Assembly (NCBI GenBank): GCA_964252035.1
Contig: OZ176200.1
From: Podarcis erhardii
Lineage: Eukaryota
Direction: 5' to 3' (one strand)
Length of the DNA stretch: 64,000 nucleotides
Shown here: piece by piece, positions 13,537-26,377 of the stretch
Numbering within the stretch: position 1 is the stretch's first letter
Layout: each line of letters starts with the position of its first letter
The notes under the pieces: generated by a model
Seen by the model: the letters and a program-made list of their open reading frames with translations, nothing else
What the model was told of the DNA's origin: nothing
The model's database searches: none
Position numbers and translations under genes: made by a program

Positions 13537-13856
13537 TAAAAACAAATATAAACTCTGTTCCCCTTCCCCATTCACCATGATGGGGAATTTTTAAATGGCT
13601 ATAACATCTGCTCTATTTCATCTGGGGTGGGGTGAGTGTGTGGCCTGGGTTGTGTGTGGCCTAGACAAACCAAGGCCACAAAACTACTTAAAAGCTTATG
13701 AAGTTCCTCATCTGCCTTAAGGCATATTGCTACTAACCTGATCCAACTCAGAAACATAAGTTCACCTAGAAATTCAGGGTGTACACAGAGCTGATGCGCT
13801 CACCTAGCATTTCCTTCCACTGCAAATACTAGTTTGAGGGGAAGATTTTTCCTCAG

Positions 13857-14122
13857 TGTTAAGTTGTGGGTGAACATATCAGACGACACAGCGATTCTTC
13901 AAACAGCTCTTGTTTATTCACAGGCCAGAACAGAACTGAACTAAAGGGTTCAGCCAGCCTGCTTATATAGAGCTCAACTACAATGCAACAGTAACCACTT
14001 TCTATAACTATCCAATCACTGAACGTCACTTTCAATTCCTTATTTGCATATGTGGACCTGAGTGAAAACTATCTACACAGTATCCCCCTGCTGGCCCAGG
14101 GTGAGAACTTCAGTACATAACA
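13857..14122 (-). mobile_element. Solo LTR (266 bp)
   Basis: TGTTA...TAACA termini with 5-bp TSD CTCAG (13852-13856 / 14123-14127). On the minus strand: TATATAA (13969-13963) followed by AATAAA (13918-13913); CCAAT 14012-14016 and octamer ATTTGCAT 14042-14049 lie in the U3 part. Confidence 0.85.
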
Positions 14123-16981
14123 CTCAGGACTACAGTTTGACAGAGCAGAGTTAAATTCTCCCTCTATGCTCTGCTCAGATCCTGTCAATTTCCCAGTTGG
14201 TAAATTTTGCATTTTGATAAAAACCGCACACCTTTGCGGTAGTTTTGCCCTAAGTGATGTAGCGTTTTCTTGCACTAGCACAGTGTTTGGCATTAAACCA
14301 CATTTAACAGAGAAGACTTTTGTCCTAAAGAAAAAAGGAAGCCTTCAGTTTGGTACATGTTTGCAATGGCTAACAATTATATTTACTCGATTAGGTACAC
14401 TCCTTTTGGGGGTTGGGACAGGAATGGTAAACTAAAGTCTTTCTTCTATTATGGAGAAAGGAGATGACAAAGTGAGTTTCAAAACTGAATTTCTGTAGAT
14501 TTCTTAGTTTGCTTAGATATGTGTTGATTATTCTTAAAACAAAATGCCTGGTGTATAGATGGAAAAATTAGAAAACAAGAAGTAAAATGGTGGATGGAAG
14601 GCCTGAAGGAAAAGGCAAACAGAGCAGGAATTAAGAGGCAGTCTCTTTATCTAGCTTTTCTAATCACTTGTATTATAAAGAATTGTTTAAAAAAAATTCT
14701 GCTGTTTATCTAGCCATTAGTTGAGTAAACCCTGCAGCCCTAATATTTTGTTAAAATTACATTTATATCACATATTTCTTCCATCACGAAGCTAAAGGCA
14801 GTGTATATGTGGTTTGAAGGAGGTCTCCTAACCAGGAACTACCCAGACCAGTTCACTTCTGTAAGGCAGTGGCTTAATGTGCCTTCAGACCAGGTCACAT
14901 GTTGCTGTTGAAGCTAACAGGTGCAATCCTGTGCACACTTACCTACAAGAGGGTCTAATCCAACTCATATTTGCCTTCATAGTCCTGACCTATGGGTGAA
15001 ATTAACAAACATGTTTTCCCTTTGTAAGGTATAACTGAGTGAAAGGCAGAGAGTGTTGTGTGTTGGAAGGAAAGCAAAAGGCAGTAACTTTAGGTTTGTA
15101 GTTTTCTACAGAATCTGGAATTTGATAGATGACTCCCACGCCACTAATTTATGGCGTTCTATCGCCTCATTTCAATCTGCTGCTTTTATAATTCAAATAC
15201 TAATATTACAGGTGAAATAACAGACTTTGTTGACTCAATGTATCTCTCACAGAATGTGTAAATCCATCCGTTCTATTTCCGTCAGGCATGGCTGGGTGAA
15301 CAACCTCTATAAATAAGCAAAGAAGTGACATGAATAATTCCGCCTTGAATTAAGGGCCAATGCTATCCTCATGTGACTTGAGTGAAGACCTACAATAAAC
15401 CTGGTGCCATCAGCAGTGCCCCTGTGCAAGAACTGCATGCCAGAAGTCCCAGCTAATAATTAAAGGTTCACCATGTGTCAGAAGTCCCAGCTAATAATTA
15501 AGCTTATTTTCGATCTTACAACAATCACTGTATCCATGGTTCAGATTCAGTGCTGCAGTGAATTCTCTTTGGAGCCAAAGGAACTTATGTTTTGCTAATG
15601 AAGAACCAAGCCTGTGTTTTACAGCAAATATATTTATATATATTTTTAAAATATAGTTACTGATTCTTTCAGATCAACATCATTTCATAGATACGGCGTG
15701 TTTTCTTCTCTAGTTATATAAAAAATATAGCTTGATGCATGTATTTTTATATAGCTTGGCAACATTTTAATATATTGTACCTGATATGAAACACCATGAC
15801 TATGTACCTCTTAATGCAATAAACAAATAAATTATACAGATAGTATTTTGAATATTCAAAGTCCTAATTTGCAAGCAGAGAAGACAAAAACCAGACACTA
15901 ATTTTATACATCTGTGAATCCATTCTTTCATGTCAAAGAAGGCATATTTTATTCATGCCACAGTGATAAATTAATCATTTTTTTTTGTTAATAGGGATGT
16001 TTAGTTACATCTGAAATGTATGTAACATTTCGTTATATGAACACACATTTAATTCTTCTGCATCAAATTGTGTGGGATCAAGGGTGCTTAACTTTGACTG
16101 GATTATTTCTCGTAAGTTAAAATGAAATTCAGTCTAAGTCACTCCTCTGAGCAGACCTGAAATTATTATTTCCTGATGCAACCAGAAATGGACAGAAAAT
16201 ATGAAATACTGTAAAAGTTCAAAAGCGCTCAGAGTGTTTTTGCTTTGGTAGTTGATGGAATGGGGCATTGCTTCCATGATCAGAATGTAACCAAAAAAGG
16301 AAACGTTGGGATGAAGAAAGACTGTTCCTCTGGATCAGATTAATCACAGCCCAGCTCTCTTCCTGCCTTCTGGTGTATGCCGCACGAAAACAGGATGGCA
16401 TTTTGATGGATCCAGACAATTTTGTTCTTTTGGTAACTCTTTTAAAGGGTGCAGCAGTGGGAGGTAGGGTGGAAATGTGATCAGAAATGAGGAATGTCAA
16501 CAATGTTGCTCAGTACTCGGAGATTTGCTCTTGGAAAGGTTATTGCATTTCTATAGTAGTAAAAGTAGTGCGAAACTATAAATGGGAAAAGAAACTCAGT
16601 GCAAAGGATAGGAGCTTGCATGCTGAGGTGACTCCCTTAACCAGCACTGAGAACAACAACATATTAACATCTATGAATGTGCCTTGGAAAAAGAAGCAAA
16701 ACATGTACATTTTCCAGAGAAGGCCTGTTGGGTCCTCTGCTAAAGGTCAGCTCAGCTCCTCTGGGAAAGAGGCAGATGACATGTAAAAAAAGTTCATGGC
16801 GCAACTGCCTTGTGAGGTAGGCCTGTTGTGCATGTAGCATTTTCTATATAGCTGTCACCATTTCACTCTTTTAAACCTCTGGATCTAGTCAGCAGAGAAC
16901 CCCAAATAGTTGTTAGGTTAGGTAGCAGCCAACGTTCCTCTCCCATATCTTCACAGGGCAATGAGCTGCTTTATTTATTTA

Positions 16982-17212
16982 CAGTGGTACCTCAGGTTAC
17001 ATACGCTTCAGGTTACACACTCCGCTAACCCAGAAATAGTGCTTCAGGTTAAGAACTTTGCTTCAGGATGATAACAGAAATCGTGCTCCGGCGGCACAGC
17101 GGCAGCAGAAGGCCCCATTAGCTAAAGTGGTGCTTCAGGTTAAGAACAGTTTCAGGTTAAGTACGGACCTCCGGAACAAATTAAGTACAGTACTTAACCT
17201 GAGGTACCACTG
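16982..17212 (+). mobile_element. Tc1/mariner (Tigger-like) MITE
   Basis: TIRs, TA TSD, internal match to the 8471 copy. Confidence 0.88.
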
Positions 17213-18022
17213 TATTTGGAATTCCCCTTACACAGATAAATAGCATGAAGCCAACAGGTTCCAGTACATGGGAGAAATGGAGTCCCTCCAGCCTGACACG
17301 GAATGCGAATCACTGTGCGTTTCTTCATACATCTTAAGAGAATGCAGTCTTCCGTGAGCAATGTGGCAAGCTGCCCTCACTGCAGGCCCCTAGGGCAAAT
17401 GTGTATTTGCATTCTCAGACTGTTCTGAAAGTACAATAGAAGACGCTTTGATCTTTCGTGCAAGTTAGGACAGCTGCGGAATAGATGCAAACTCCTCTCG
17501 GTTTTCCCAGTTCTCCACCTCGCATCAAGGAAACTGGGAACGGCAGAGGTGAATGTTAAAATAAACCATGCCAAACGCATTCTAGGGCAGAACCTGTCAT
17601 CAAGAGCGTATTGCAAGGACTATTGTTCTCAAATGTTCGCTGAGAACAAGTCAAACAGGTCAGGTTATAGTCGTCAAGAACGATCGCAGGAGAAATATGT
17701 TCCACATTTTAACGCAGGTGATTAAGGTCTGAACTTCTTGACGAATGGGAGCAGTTCAGTTTAAGGAAAGGGGAATTTTAACTAAAGCCAAACAACTTCT
17801 ACATCCTGGTCTGGCTACCCAGACATAAAGGCCTGGCTGAGACATACAAAACCATGGATAGGGATATGCTCTGTGTTCATGTCCTCCTTCAGTCTCCTCT
17901 CCTCATGGATGCTACTTGAGTTAGCTACTTCCTTATATCAATCAAATCGCAGTGAGCTGTTACCAAGCCCCCAATCTACCTTTCATGCTCACCTGCCAAA
18001 CTAGGATTGCAAATTACTTTAG

Positions 18023-18025
<3 letters not shown>

Positions 18026-18056
<31 letters not shown>
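18026..18056. repeat. (GA)n microsatellite
   Basis: Direct inspection. Confidence 0.95.
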
Positions 18057-18057
<1 letters not shown>

Positions 18058-18430
18058 CCTGTTTGCTTTTTTCCAGCTTTCTAAGCTGTTGTTTGAGAAG
18101 CTGAGGAAGTATTTCAAATTAAATTAAATCAATTTTAATGAATACGCCATACCCGACAATATTTCTCTGATGAAAATAGGGACATCCTATTTAACAACAA
18201 CAACAACAATATTATTTATACCCCGTCAATCTGACTGGGTTGTCCTAGCCATTCTGGGCAGCTTCCAGCATATATAAAAACATAACATAACATTAAACAT
18301 TAAATAACTTCCCTATAGAGAGCTACCTTCAGATGTCTTCTAAAGGTTGTATAGTTATATTTCCTTGGCTGGGGGGTCACATAACTCTACACTCTCCAAT
18401 ATTTCTCTGATGAAAATCGGGAGGTTCTAC

Positions 18431-18568
18431 CATACCTTCCAACATTTATTCAATTAAAATAGGAACGTCTTAAGGAAAAATGGGACATTCCGGGATCAAA
18501 TCAGAAACTGGGACAGCTTCTGTAAATCCAGGACTTTCCCTGGAAAATAGGGACACTTGGAGGGCCTG
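18431..18568 (-). repeat. Unclassified interspersed repeat; an inverted homolog lies at 27210-27340
   Basis: gaaaatagggacacttggaggg (18542-18563) is the reverse complement of ccctccaagtgtccctattttc (27214-27235); internal segments are colinear. Confidence 0.7.
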
Positions 18569-19913
18569 ATACTTTAAAAAATGCAAAGTCCATCTAATTT
18601 AGACTAAGTCTTGTGACATATTCACCCGCTTCTGAGCACTGAAAAGTTCCAGGTGCATCATTACAGAACTTTGTTTCCTTTTAGATGAGGAAGCACTGAA
18701 GATGTGGGGTGACTGTAATATTTATTTGCAAATACATAAGCAGAGCATATGCAGAAAAATATTCTCCTGTGAGCAAACAGCATAGTCATTAATCCTGCAG
18801 CACGCTTTCAAAGGGAGCAGCTGCATCCCGCCAGTGAGAAAGGCACTTCTCAAGTGCTTCAGCTCCAGGAAAGCCACAGCTTTAAATTTCTAATTGAAAA
18901 CTTGCTATTTTTCACACATGCGCGCGCGCGCGCACACACACACACACACACAGGAAAGGTACACACTTCCCCAATGTGCTTAGATGCCTGCTTTAGGAAT
19001 TATGTGATCATATTTGGAGCAGAAGTTGCCTTTTTGCAGCATCAGCTGCAAACCTGAACAGCACACTGGTTTCTCTAACTTTATTTATGAATATTTATGA
19101 ATTTATTACATTTATTTATGAAGAAATGTAAAAGCATGGGGCAGGGGGCTCACTTATTAGATCGCTCCACTGTGAGAGTTGTCCATTTATTCCTAACTCC
19201 TGCTTCCTGCCCTTTAACAAGTTATTGATCCATAGGAGGACCTATAATCTTATCCCGTGATTGCTGAGTTTACTCCGGAGCCTTTTTGAGGGACTTGGTT
19301 GAGGAAGCTTTCTTCATTTTATAGAAGACAGAGTATAAAGAAATAGAAACTGGTCCTTATTGTAACTTGTCAACAAGAAGTTATCAAGGTCAAGTTTTGT
19401 CTCTTGATAACTTGCATACTGTAAAACTGCAGCTATGAACTGCACATTTTAAATATTATTTGAGCTAAATTAGTTGTCATTTGAATCAGGCTTATTTCTA
19501 ACTCAGTAATATCCCAAGGGAGGCCCCTCTCTTGGTCCTGCCACCTTCCCTGGCACACTTGGTGAGGACACAATAAAGGGTCTTCTCAGTGGCTGCTCCC
19601 TGACTCTGAAATTCCCTCCCTAGAGAAGCTCAACTGACTCCCTCCTTGTTGTCCTTCCACCAACAGGTGAAGCCTTTCTTGTTCCAACAGGCTTTTGAGA
19701 ACTGACTGCTTTTAATTAAAGGGCTGGTGACATGCTGCTTTTATTGTAATTATTTGTATTTTAAAAAACAAGTTCTATATATGTATACAGTTTTAATTCT
19801 ATCAGTGTTTAATTGTTTTTTTAATGATTGCTTTTTCTATTTATTTTTTTTTTAATTAAATCTGTAAGCTGCCTTGGCTCCTGCCAGGAGAAAAGGTGAA
19901 GTATAAATAAATA

Positions 19914-20142
19914 CAGTGGTATCTTGGTTTATGAACTTAATCTGTTCCGGAAGCCCGTTCTTAAACCAAAACCGTTCTTAAACCGAGGCGCGCTTTTCCC
20001 ACCTCGTGAGGACTCCCACTGCCGGGTGCCTTCCACCATTCGGATTCCGTTCTTAGACCGAGGTAAAGTTCTCAAACCAAGACACTATTTCGTGTTTTGC
20101 GAAGTTTGTAAACCATTTTTTTCTTAAACCGAGGTACCACTG
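19914..20142. mobile_element. Tc1/mariner (Tigger-like) MITE, related subfamily
   Basis: CAGTGGTATCTTGG...CCGAGGTACCACTG with TA TSD. Confidence 0.82.
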
Positions 20143-22252
20143 TATATAATAATTCTAACATCACTAAGGGATCAATCCTATGCACAAGAAGTTGGCATAA
20201 AGCAAGATGGTGTAAATTAAGCCTGAAGAAAGTAATACCAGATTCAAACCCCATTTAGCATCAGACCTGCCGCTGCTCTGCCTGAGCCTGACAGAGGAAA
20301 AACAAACATTTAAAACAGTATTTTATGCTAGGTTGCCTGGCCACATGGCAAGCTGAACAGGGTTATCTCGCCTAATTCCCCCCTCTGTGGCCATGCCTCC
20401 CTTGGCCCCAGAATGTGCCTTTTGGGGGATTTACACCAGCATTGGCTCAGCCAGCGAAGCTGGTATGAGCAAGTTATGCTGATGTGTCTTTGGCTGAGTT
20501 GGGGACTTAACGCTGGCTGAGCCGGAGATCTCTTGCATCCTAAGCTGCTCATTTTAGCGAATCTTGCCATAGGATTGCCACCTAAATAAAAGATAATGAT
20601 ATCAAATCTACTGTATATTTTGGTAAGTTGTTTGCTCATTTGGGGTTTATTTATTGTAGCTAAATTTTGCATGATGTTTCTCAAGATCAAGTTGCAGGTT
20701 TTCAGCTATGTTTGAATACAACTGGACACCATTTTGAATCAAGAAGACAGACGGATCCTTTCAAAACGGTCCTGATCTCAACCAAATTTTGCATGATAGT
20801 TCTTGAGATCAAAGAGTGGGTTTTCATCTTAAGTGCAGATACAGCCAGATGCCAATATGAATCAATAATATTCGAACTTTTCAAAACTGCACTTTTTAAA
20901 TTATTTTTTAGAATTCCCAAGCAATGTTGGGTATGAGGCTGCTAGTATTATAAAATATCCCTTTATAAAAAAAGAAAATTAAGTTAGTGCTTACTTGAAT
21001 AAAGGCATAATCAAGTAAATTAGCATAAACTTTCATTTTCCTATAATATGTTTCCTCTTGATATTACTGCTAATTACTTAATGCCATTGTTCTAGAACCT
21101 ACCGCCCCTTCAAAGGCTCATTTTCAAACTTCTCCATTGATCCTAAAGTTGTCCCAATTCTTCGTCTGTAGAAGATTCCACTTCCAAGTTTCCTTTATGT
21201 TCTTGAAGAATGCAATAAAGAAAGAATTTCAACACTTACCAAAAAATCATGTTGACGGTGACAAATTAAATAAGGAATTAAGTATGTATGGTAATTTCAA
21301 TAATCCACATTACTAGGAGTGGATTTTTCTGTTGGAACTGCTTTCGAGAGTGGCTCACATAAACCATGGAATTTATTTGAGAGAAGCCAGATTGTGAGTA
21401 GCATTGATGGGTGTGCGTGTATATAGATAAATAGATATTTGCAGATATTGCAGCCTACATGCTGAAGGTGACATCATTTGGAAAGTCAGCAGCCTGTGAA
21501 CCAAGTCAGAGACTCTTATGCTGTTTCCAAACTGTTTAAACATTAGGATAAGAACTTTGAGGTTTCTTGCTTTGTGAAAGAGTAATATTTGCCCAGCGTG
21601 AGTTGAAAGCTGTCTAAGCATGATAGCTACCATGAGTGCTTGCTGCTAACTTTTTACTTATGGTAATTTCCTAATAACCAATTGATTTCTGTTGCTAATG
21701 TGGCAATTTGTTAAAGCTCTCAAGACAAGAAAAGATTAAAAGAAGAGGAGTGAGCCCATGTGGCTATCCGAAGATCACATTTATGAACAGTGGGGTGGCC
21801 AGCAGAAGAATTTTCTGAAGTGCAGAAATGACGCCTCGCTTTCAAGCCAAGGATTGTGGACATGCCACAGAGTACTAACAACTGTCTGAGGGCATCAGGG
21901 CTTTTCATTAAGCAGAATTGATGCAGCTTAATTTTTAAACCAGCACTTCTGTCATTCATGCACAGTGAGCTCCATTTACACCGTACGAGATTATTAAGGG
22001 CAGCTACTCATACTTAGCATCCATAAATTGGCATCCATTTTCAACACACGATTAAAACAAACAAACAACTAATGGCCTGATGCTAAGAAGAGTTGTCTGA
22101 GGCCTGGTCTACACACACCAGAATGAGGTGATTGCACGCTGTGGTGCTAGAAGGGACTGCTTCCCTCACTGAGGGTGAGTGGGGAGAGGGTGAAGTAAAA
22201 TAAATCCCTAGCAAATAAAAAATTAGCAGGCAAAGGACCAGAATAGAGGCAA

Positions 22253-22457
22253 GTAGATAAATAGGTACTGCTCTAGCGGGAAGGTAAATGGCGTTTCCGT
22301 GCGCTGCTCTGGTTCACCAGAAGCAGTTTAGTCATGCTGGCCACATGACCCGGAAGCTGTCTGCGGACAAACGCCGGCCTATAGAGTGAGATGAGCGCAC
22401 AACCTCAGAGTGGTCCGCGACTGGACCTAACGGCCAGGGGTCCCTTTACCTTTACCT
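22253..22457 (+). mobile_element. Sauria SINE (5'-truncated)
   Basis: tagataaataggtac...tgctggccacatgacccggaagctg...ggggtccctttacctttacc, the characteristic (ACCTTT) tail. Confidence 0.85.
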
Positions 22458-25400
22458 ATATAGTTGTCTATTTGTATAGAAGATGCATTCATTTATTAAC
22501 ATTAGGGGCATTCAAAAGCGGTATTCCTGCATTGCAATATGATGTGGTACAGTCCTTTCCAGTGCTATTTTTTGACAAAAGAAGTGCTGCAACTCACCCT
22601 GAATGCCTCCCTTGTTCTCTTATAATGGCAATGGCGCCCATCTGAGAGGTGTCAGAACTGAGTTCCGGCAAGTTCTGGTTGAAGAAAAGCCCTAGTCCTT
22701 TCTATCTTGTCAGCATTCTACCTCTACCACTTTCATTTGCTGCCTGAAGCAGTGGCTCCGAGATAGTCAGTGAGGCAATTGAGGAATTTGTTGGACCCAC
22801 ATTCTTGGCAGAGTTTGAGTTCCAATAGATATCAAATCCCCACTCAGCCATTATGCTCACTGGCTGATCTTGGGCTAGTCAATACTTCACAGGGCAGTTG
22901 TTGAGATAAAATAGGGTGGGGAAGAACTACATAGACCAGTCTGAACTTATTGAAAGAATGACATGTAATAAGTAAGTAAGCCATTGCTTTCCCCAGTGCC
23001 TCTTCAGCCCACCCACAGGCTGTTTATACTACCAGGCTCTTACAAAAGGCAGTAACATAATCCATCCAACCACTGTGATAGTGTTGTGATAACAACCCAT
23101 ATCAGTTTCACTCTGCGGTTTTAGAGGATCTGCAACCAGCCAAAAAGAAAAGAAGAAACTCCTGTTGCCATAATGACCTCTTTCCTTTCAGTTCAGACTC
23201 CATTCTCTAAAGGGTTGAAGAAACCACAGTACTTCTTTCTTTCTTTTAGTACACTGAAGGAAGTATTTATGACACAACCTTTTTTTTCTTTTTTTCCTTT
23301 TCAGAACTCTGTGTGTGCAGAGGAGCACGTATTTGGGTGGCTGCACTGTGTCTTTAATTACTGTGATTAGACATGGTAACAGATCAATTGTGCATGCTGT
23401 GATTACGAGGCCAAACAGATCCCAACGTGCACAGAACCACTACGGAATGAAAAAGAGTGTGGCCCTAAAGCAAGTCACTAGGATGCAATATAAAAAGTAG
23501 AGCAAAGTCATAGCATTACTTTGACACTGAGTGCTGAAACGCACAGTTATCAATCCAGCAGCTCACCCTCTCCTTCCCAAACTTTCTTTCTGGACTTTAG
23601 TAAGCTATTCTCCTTTACTTGCTTGCTTGCCCTTGTCTACCCCTGGTTCTCATAAGGAGATCATAGACAGAAGGACCTCAGAAGTCATGTAGCCTAGCTC
23701 ATTGCAGGGTTGCATGATGAAGGCCTCTGTGCAGGCAGGCAGGCAGGCAGGCAGGCCAGACCAGACTCTTCTTACTAGTCTGTTATTTTGTGGGTAACAC
23801 ACCTGTATTATTACAGCCTGACCCGTGTTTTCCAAATTAACAGAGTTGCTCATTATGCTGGGAGATCGGTGATTGATTGCCTGGCCTTTTCCTGACCTTT
23901 CCCAACAAACAAGCACACTCGGGACCAGACACAACATGCCATCACTAAGTAGGGCAATGCCTCTCGCTTAGGAGGCAGATCAGATTTGCCAACAAATCTC
24001 AATAGGGACTCAGTTGGAAGTGTGGGGAGCATTTTCATCAGTAACCCACCCGAACCATGGCTAAAGGGCATGGATGGAGCAGGCTGGTGGCCTGGTGAGA
24101 GGCTCCCTAGAGGGCACAGTGAATTCAAGGAGGGGTGGCAAACTGTTGTGGGCATGTACTGTATGCTCTTTATCTCCAGCTCCAAAAGAAGCTCCTTTCA
24201 GAAGTTATCATGGCTGAGGGGGTGCTGCTGGTGCTGGTAATCTGATCAAGGGAGTGGCAGGGATGTCTACGAAGCTGATCAGACGCTATCGCTTGTCCTT
24301 TACAAGCGTGGGGTTTTTTTTGCAGGAAGGGCGCTTGCACAAGACTGAGGGGGATGTCATTTGTGTGGAATCAGCAGCAGCCTCCCCGTAGCAGGCATTC
24401 TGAGGGCAAAGGCAGAGAGATGTCCTACGTGGGGAGGAAGTGGTTTCGACACACGTTCTCTGTCCTGAAAACAAATGCCTCGGAATGTGGCGAGCTTGTG
24501 TTGAAACCACGTCCGCCACATTTCAGAATATATGCTTGTGTCGTTCAACTGAGTGCCCTAGGAGCAGATTCAGCCATACCCAGATAGTAAAAAAAAAAAA
24601 AAAAGTTTGAAAGGGCAGGCAGCTGTGTCCTATTTGCCAGTCTCAGTCAGGATGCAGCTTGAGCCGTCGTGTGCATGCTGCTGTTCACACTCTTGAAGCT
24701 GAAGTGCAAGCTGCTAGAGGAGGCCGAGACCGTGGGGGATCTCGTTATGAGAAAGCTGGAGAATGTCTGTAATTCAAAGTAAATTAACACATGATGAAAA
24801 GTAGTCATCATTTAGGCTTGCTTTTAAGATGGGTTTGTAAAAGCACTGTTCAAAAATCAGCAGGCAATTAATATAAAACAGACGGGATGCATGAACGTGC
24901 ATGCAAAGACTCAAATAGTCCTATTTAGGCTTGGGTCTTTGGAGTTAAATAGACATGCAAAGGGGGTACTAGCTTTGCCTCTCCATCACTGCCACTACTG
25001 CCCGTGGATTGGAAGGCAACAGTCTGCAGCAGAGAACCTGCAGTACTTATGTAGCTCCCCCGAATGCAATGCACAGCTCTGAGTTTCCACCGAGATAACA
25101 TGTTGCAGGTATGGTTCTACACTGTCAGTTCTTGGTCTCATTTTTAAGAGTTCCAAAGTTTGAAAAGGCACCTATCTTTTAACAATGATACCTCAAAATT
25201 ACAACAATCTGGCTTTAGCACCTGAAGTGGTCTTCGACTCCCATCACACCATCCGTGACACTTATAAATAGAGGCTTTTATTGGTGAAATATGTATGTAT
25301 CTCACAGCAGAGTGGCTGCATGGCATGCCGTATATCTATCAGTAGGATTTAGTGTTCAGTTTCTGAAACACTAGAGCACAATACGGAAGGAGGTGGGGGG

Positions 25401-26149
25401 TGTTGAAGAAAAGCATATTTAAAAATAAACCTAGATCTTAACACAATCAAATGTGATTTATAGCAAGTCTCTGTTTCTCTCTTTTCAAATTTAAGCACCG
25501 GCGCTGGAAGCTGTTCTTTAAGTTGCCACTATAAATCAAGGAGGACAGGCAAAACCCTTCCAAGACAAGGGAATACACTTATTGAATTTCACTTGCTCAG
25601 ATTTCAAATTGACACTATTTACATACAAGACGTGATTTATTCGTTGCAGATTTCCCCCATTTAATGTGTTGTTACTTTTCAAGCCTGGAACATATCACTG
25701 TAAATAAGAGCACTTGTACACTCAGGTGTTAGGAGATAGGCCGGCTGCACGCAACACTCGGGATAACAGAGCCCTGAAATGTGAGCAGGCCATAGAAGAT
25801 ACAGAATGTACTTGAGAGGAGTAACAGTGTCAAAGGAAATCATCCCTCCAAATACTCAAGTCATATGAGCAAGATCATACACTAAGAACTGTGGAGAAAG
25901 CAAATTCTACTGCTGCACCACAGCGGAAACTGTGAAGTTAGAGGCCAGTCTAGGTATGCCCCGAGGCCTCCACCTTACTAAAACTAAGCAGGTCTGGGTC
26001 TGGTCATTGCCTGAATGGGGCCCACCCCCCCCCTTGGAACCACATGTGTACCACCTTGTGTTTCAGGGTGGTAAAAAAAGGAGGGATATAAATGTAATGA
26101 AATAAAATATATGATCCTCCAATGTTCCATGCTCTGCAGTTAACAACTA

Positions 26150-26377
26150 CAGTGGTACCTTTGGTTACGAACTTAATTCGTTCCGGAGGTCCGTTCTTAA
26201 GCTGAAACAGTTCTTATCCTGAGGTTCTTATCCTTTTGCTAATGGGGCATCTGGCGCGCGATTTCCCTGTGCCTCCTGGGGCAAAGTTTGCAACCAGAAG
26301 CAGCTACTTCCAGGTTAGCAGAGCTCGTAACCTGAAGTGTTCGTAGCCAGAAGTGTTCGTAACCAGAGGTACCACTG
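26150..26377. mobile_element. Tc1/mariner (Tigger-like) MITE
   Basis: CAGTGGTACCT...AGGTACCACTG with TA TSD. Confidence 0.82.

Noticed and set aside
18917-18951. (GC)n(AC)n alternating purine-pyrimidine tracts, also at 35346-35382, with Z-DNA potential
   Set aside because: Ordinary compound microsatellites far from either promoter; no evidence of function.
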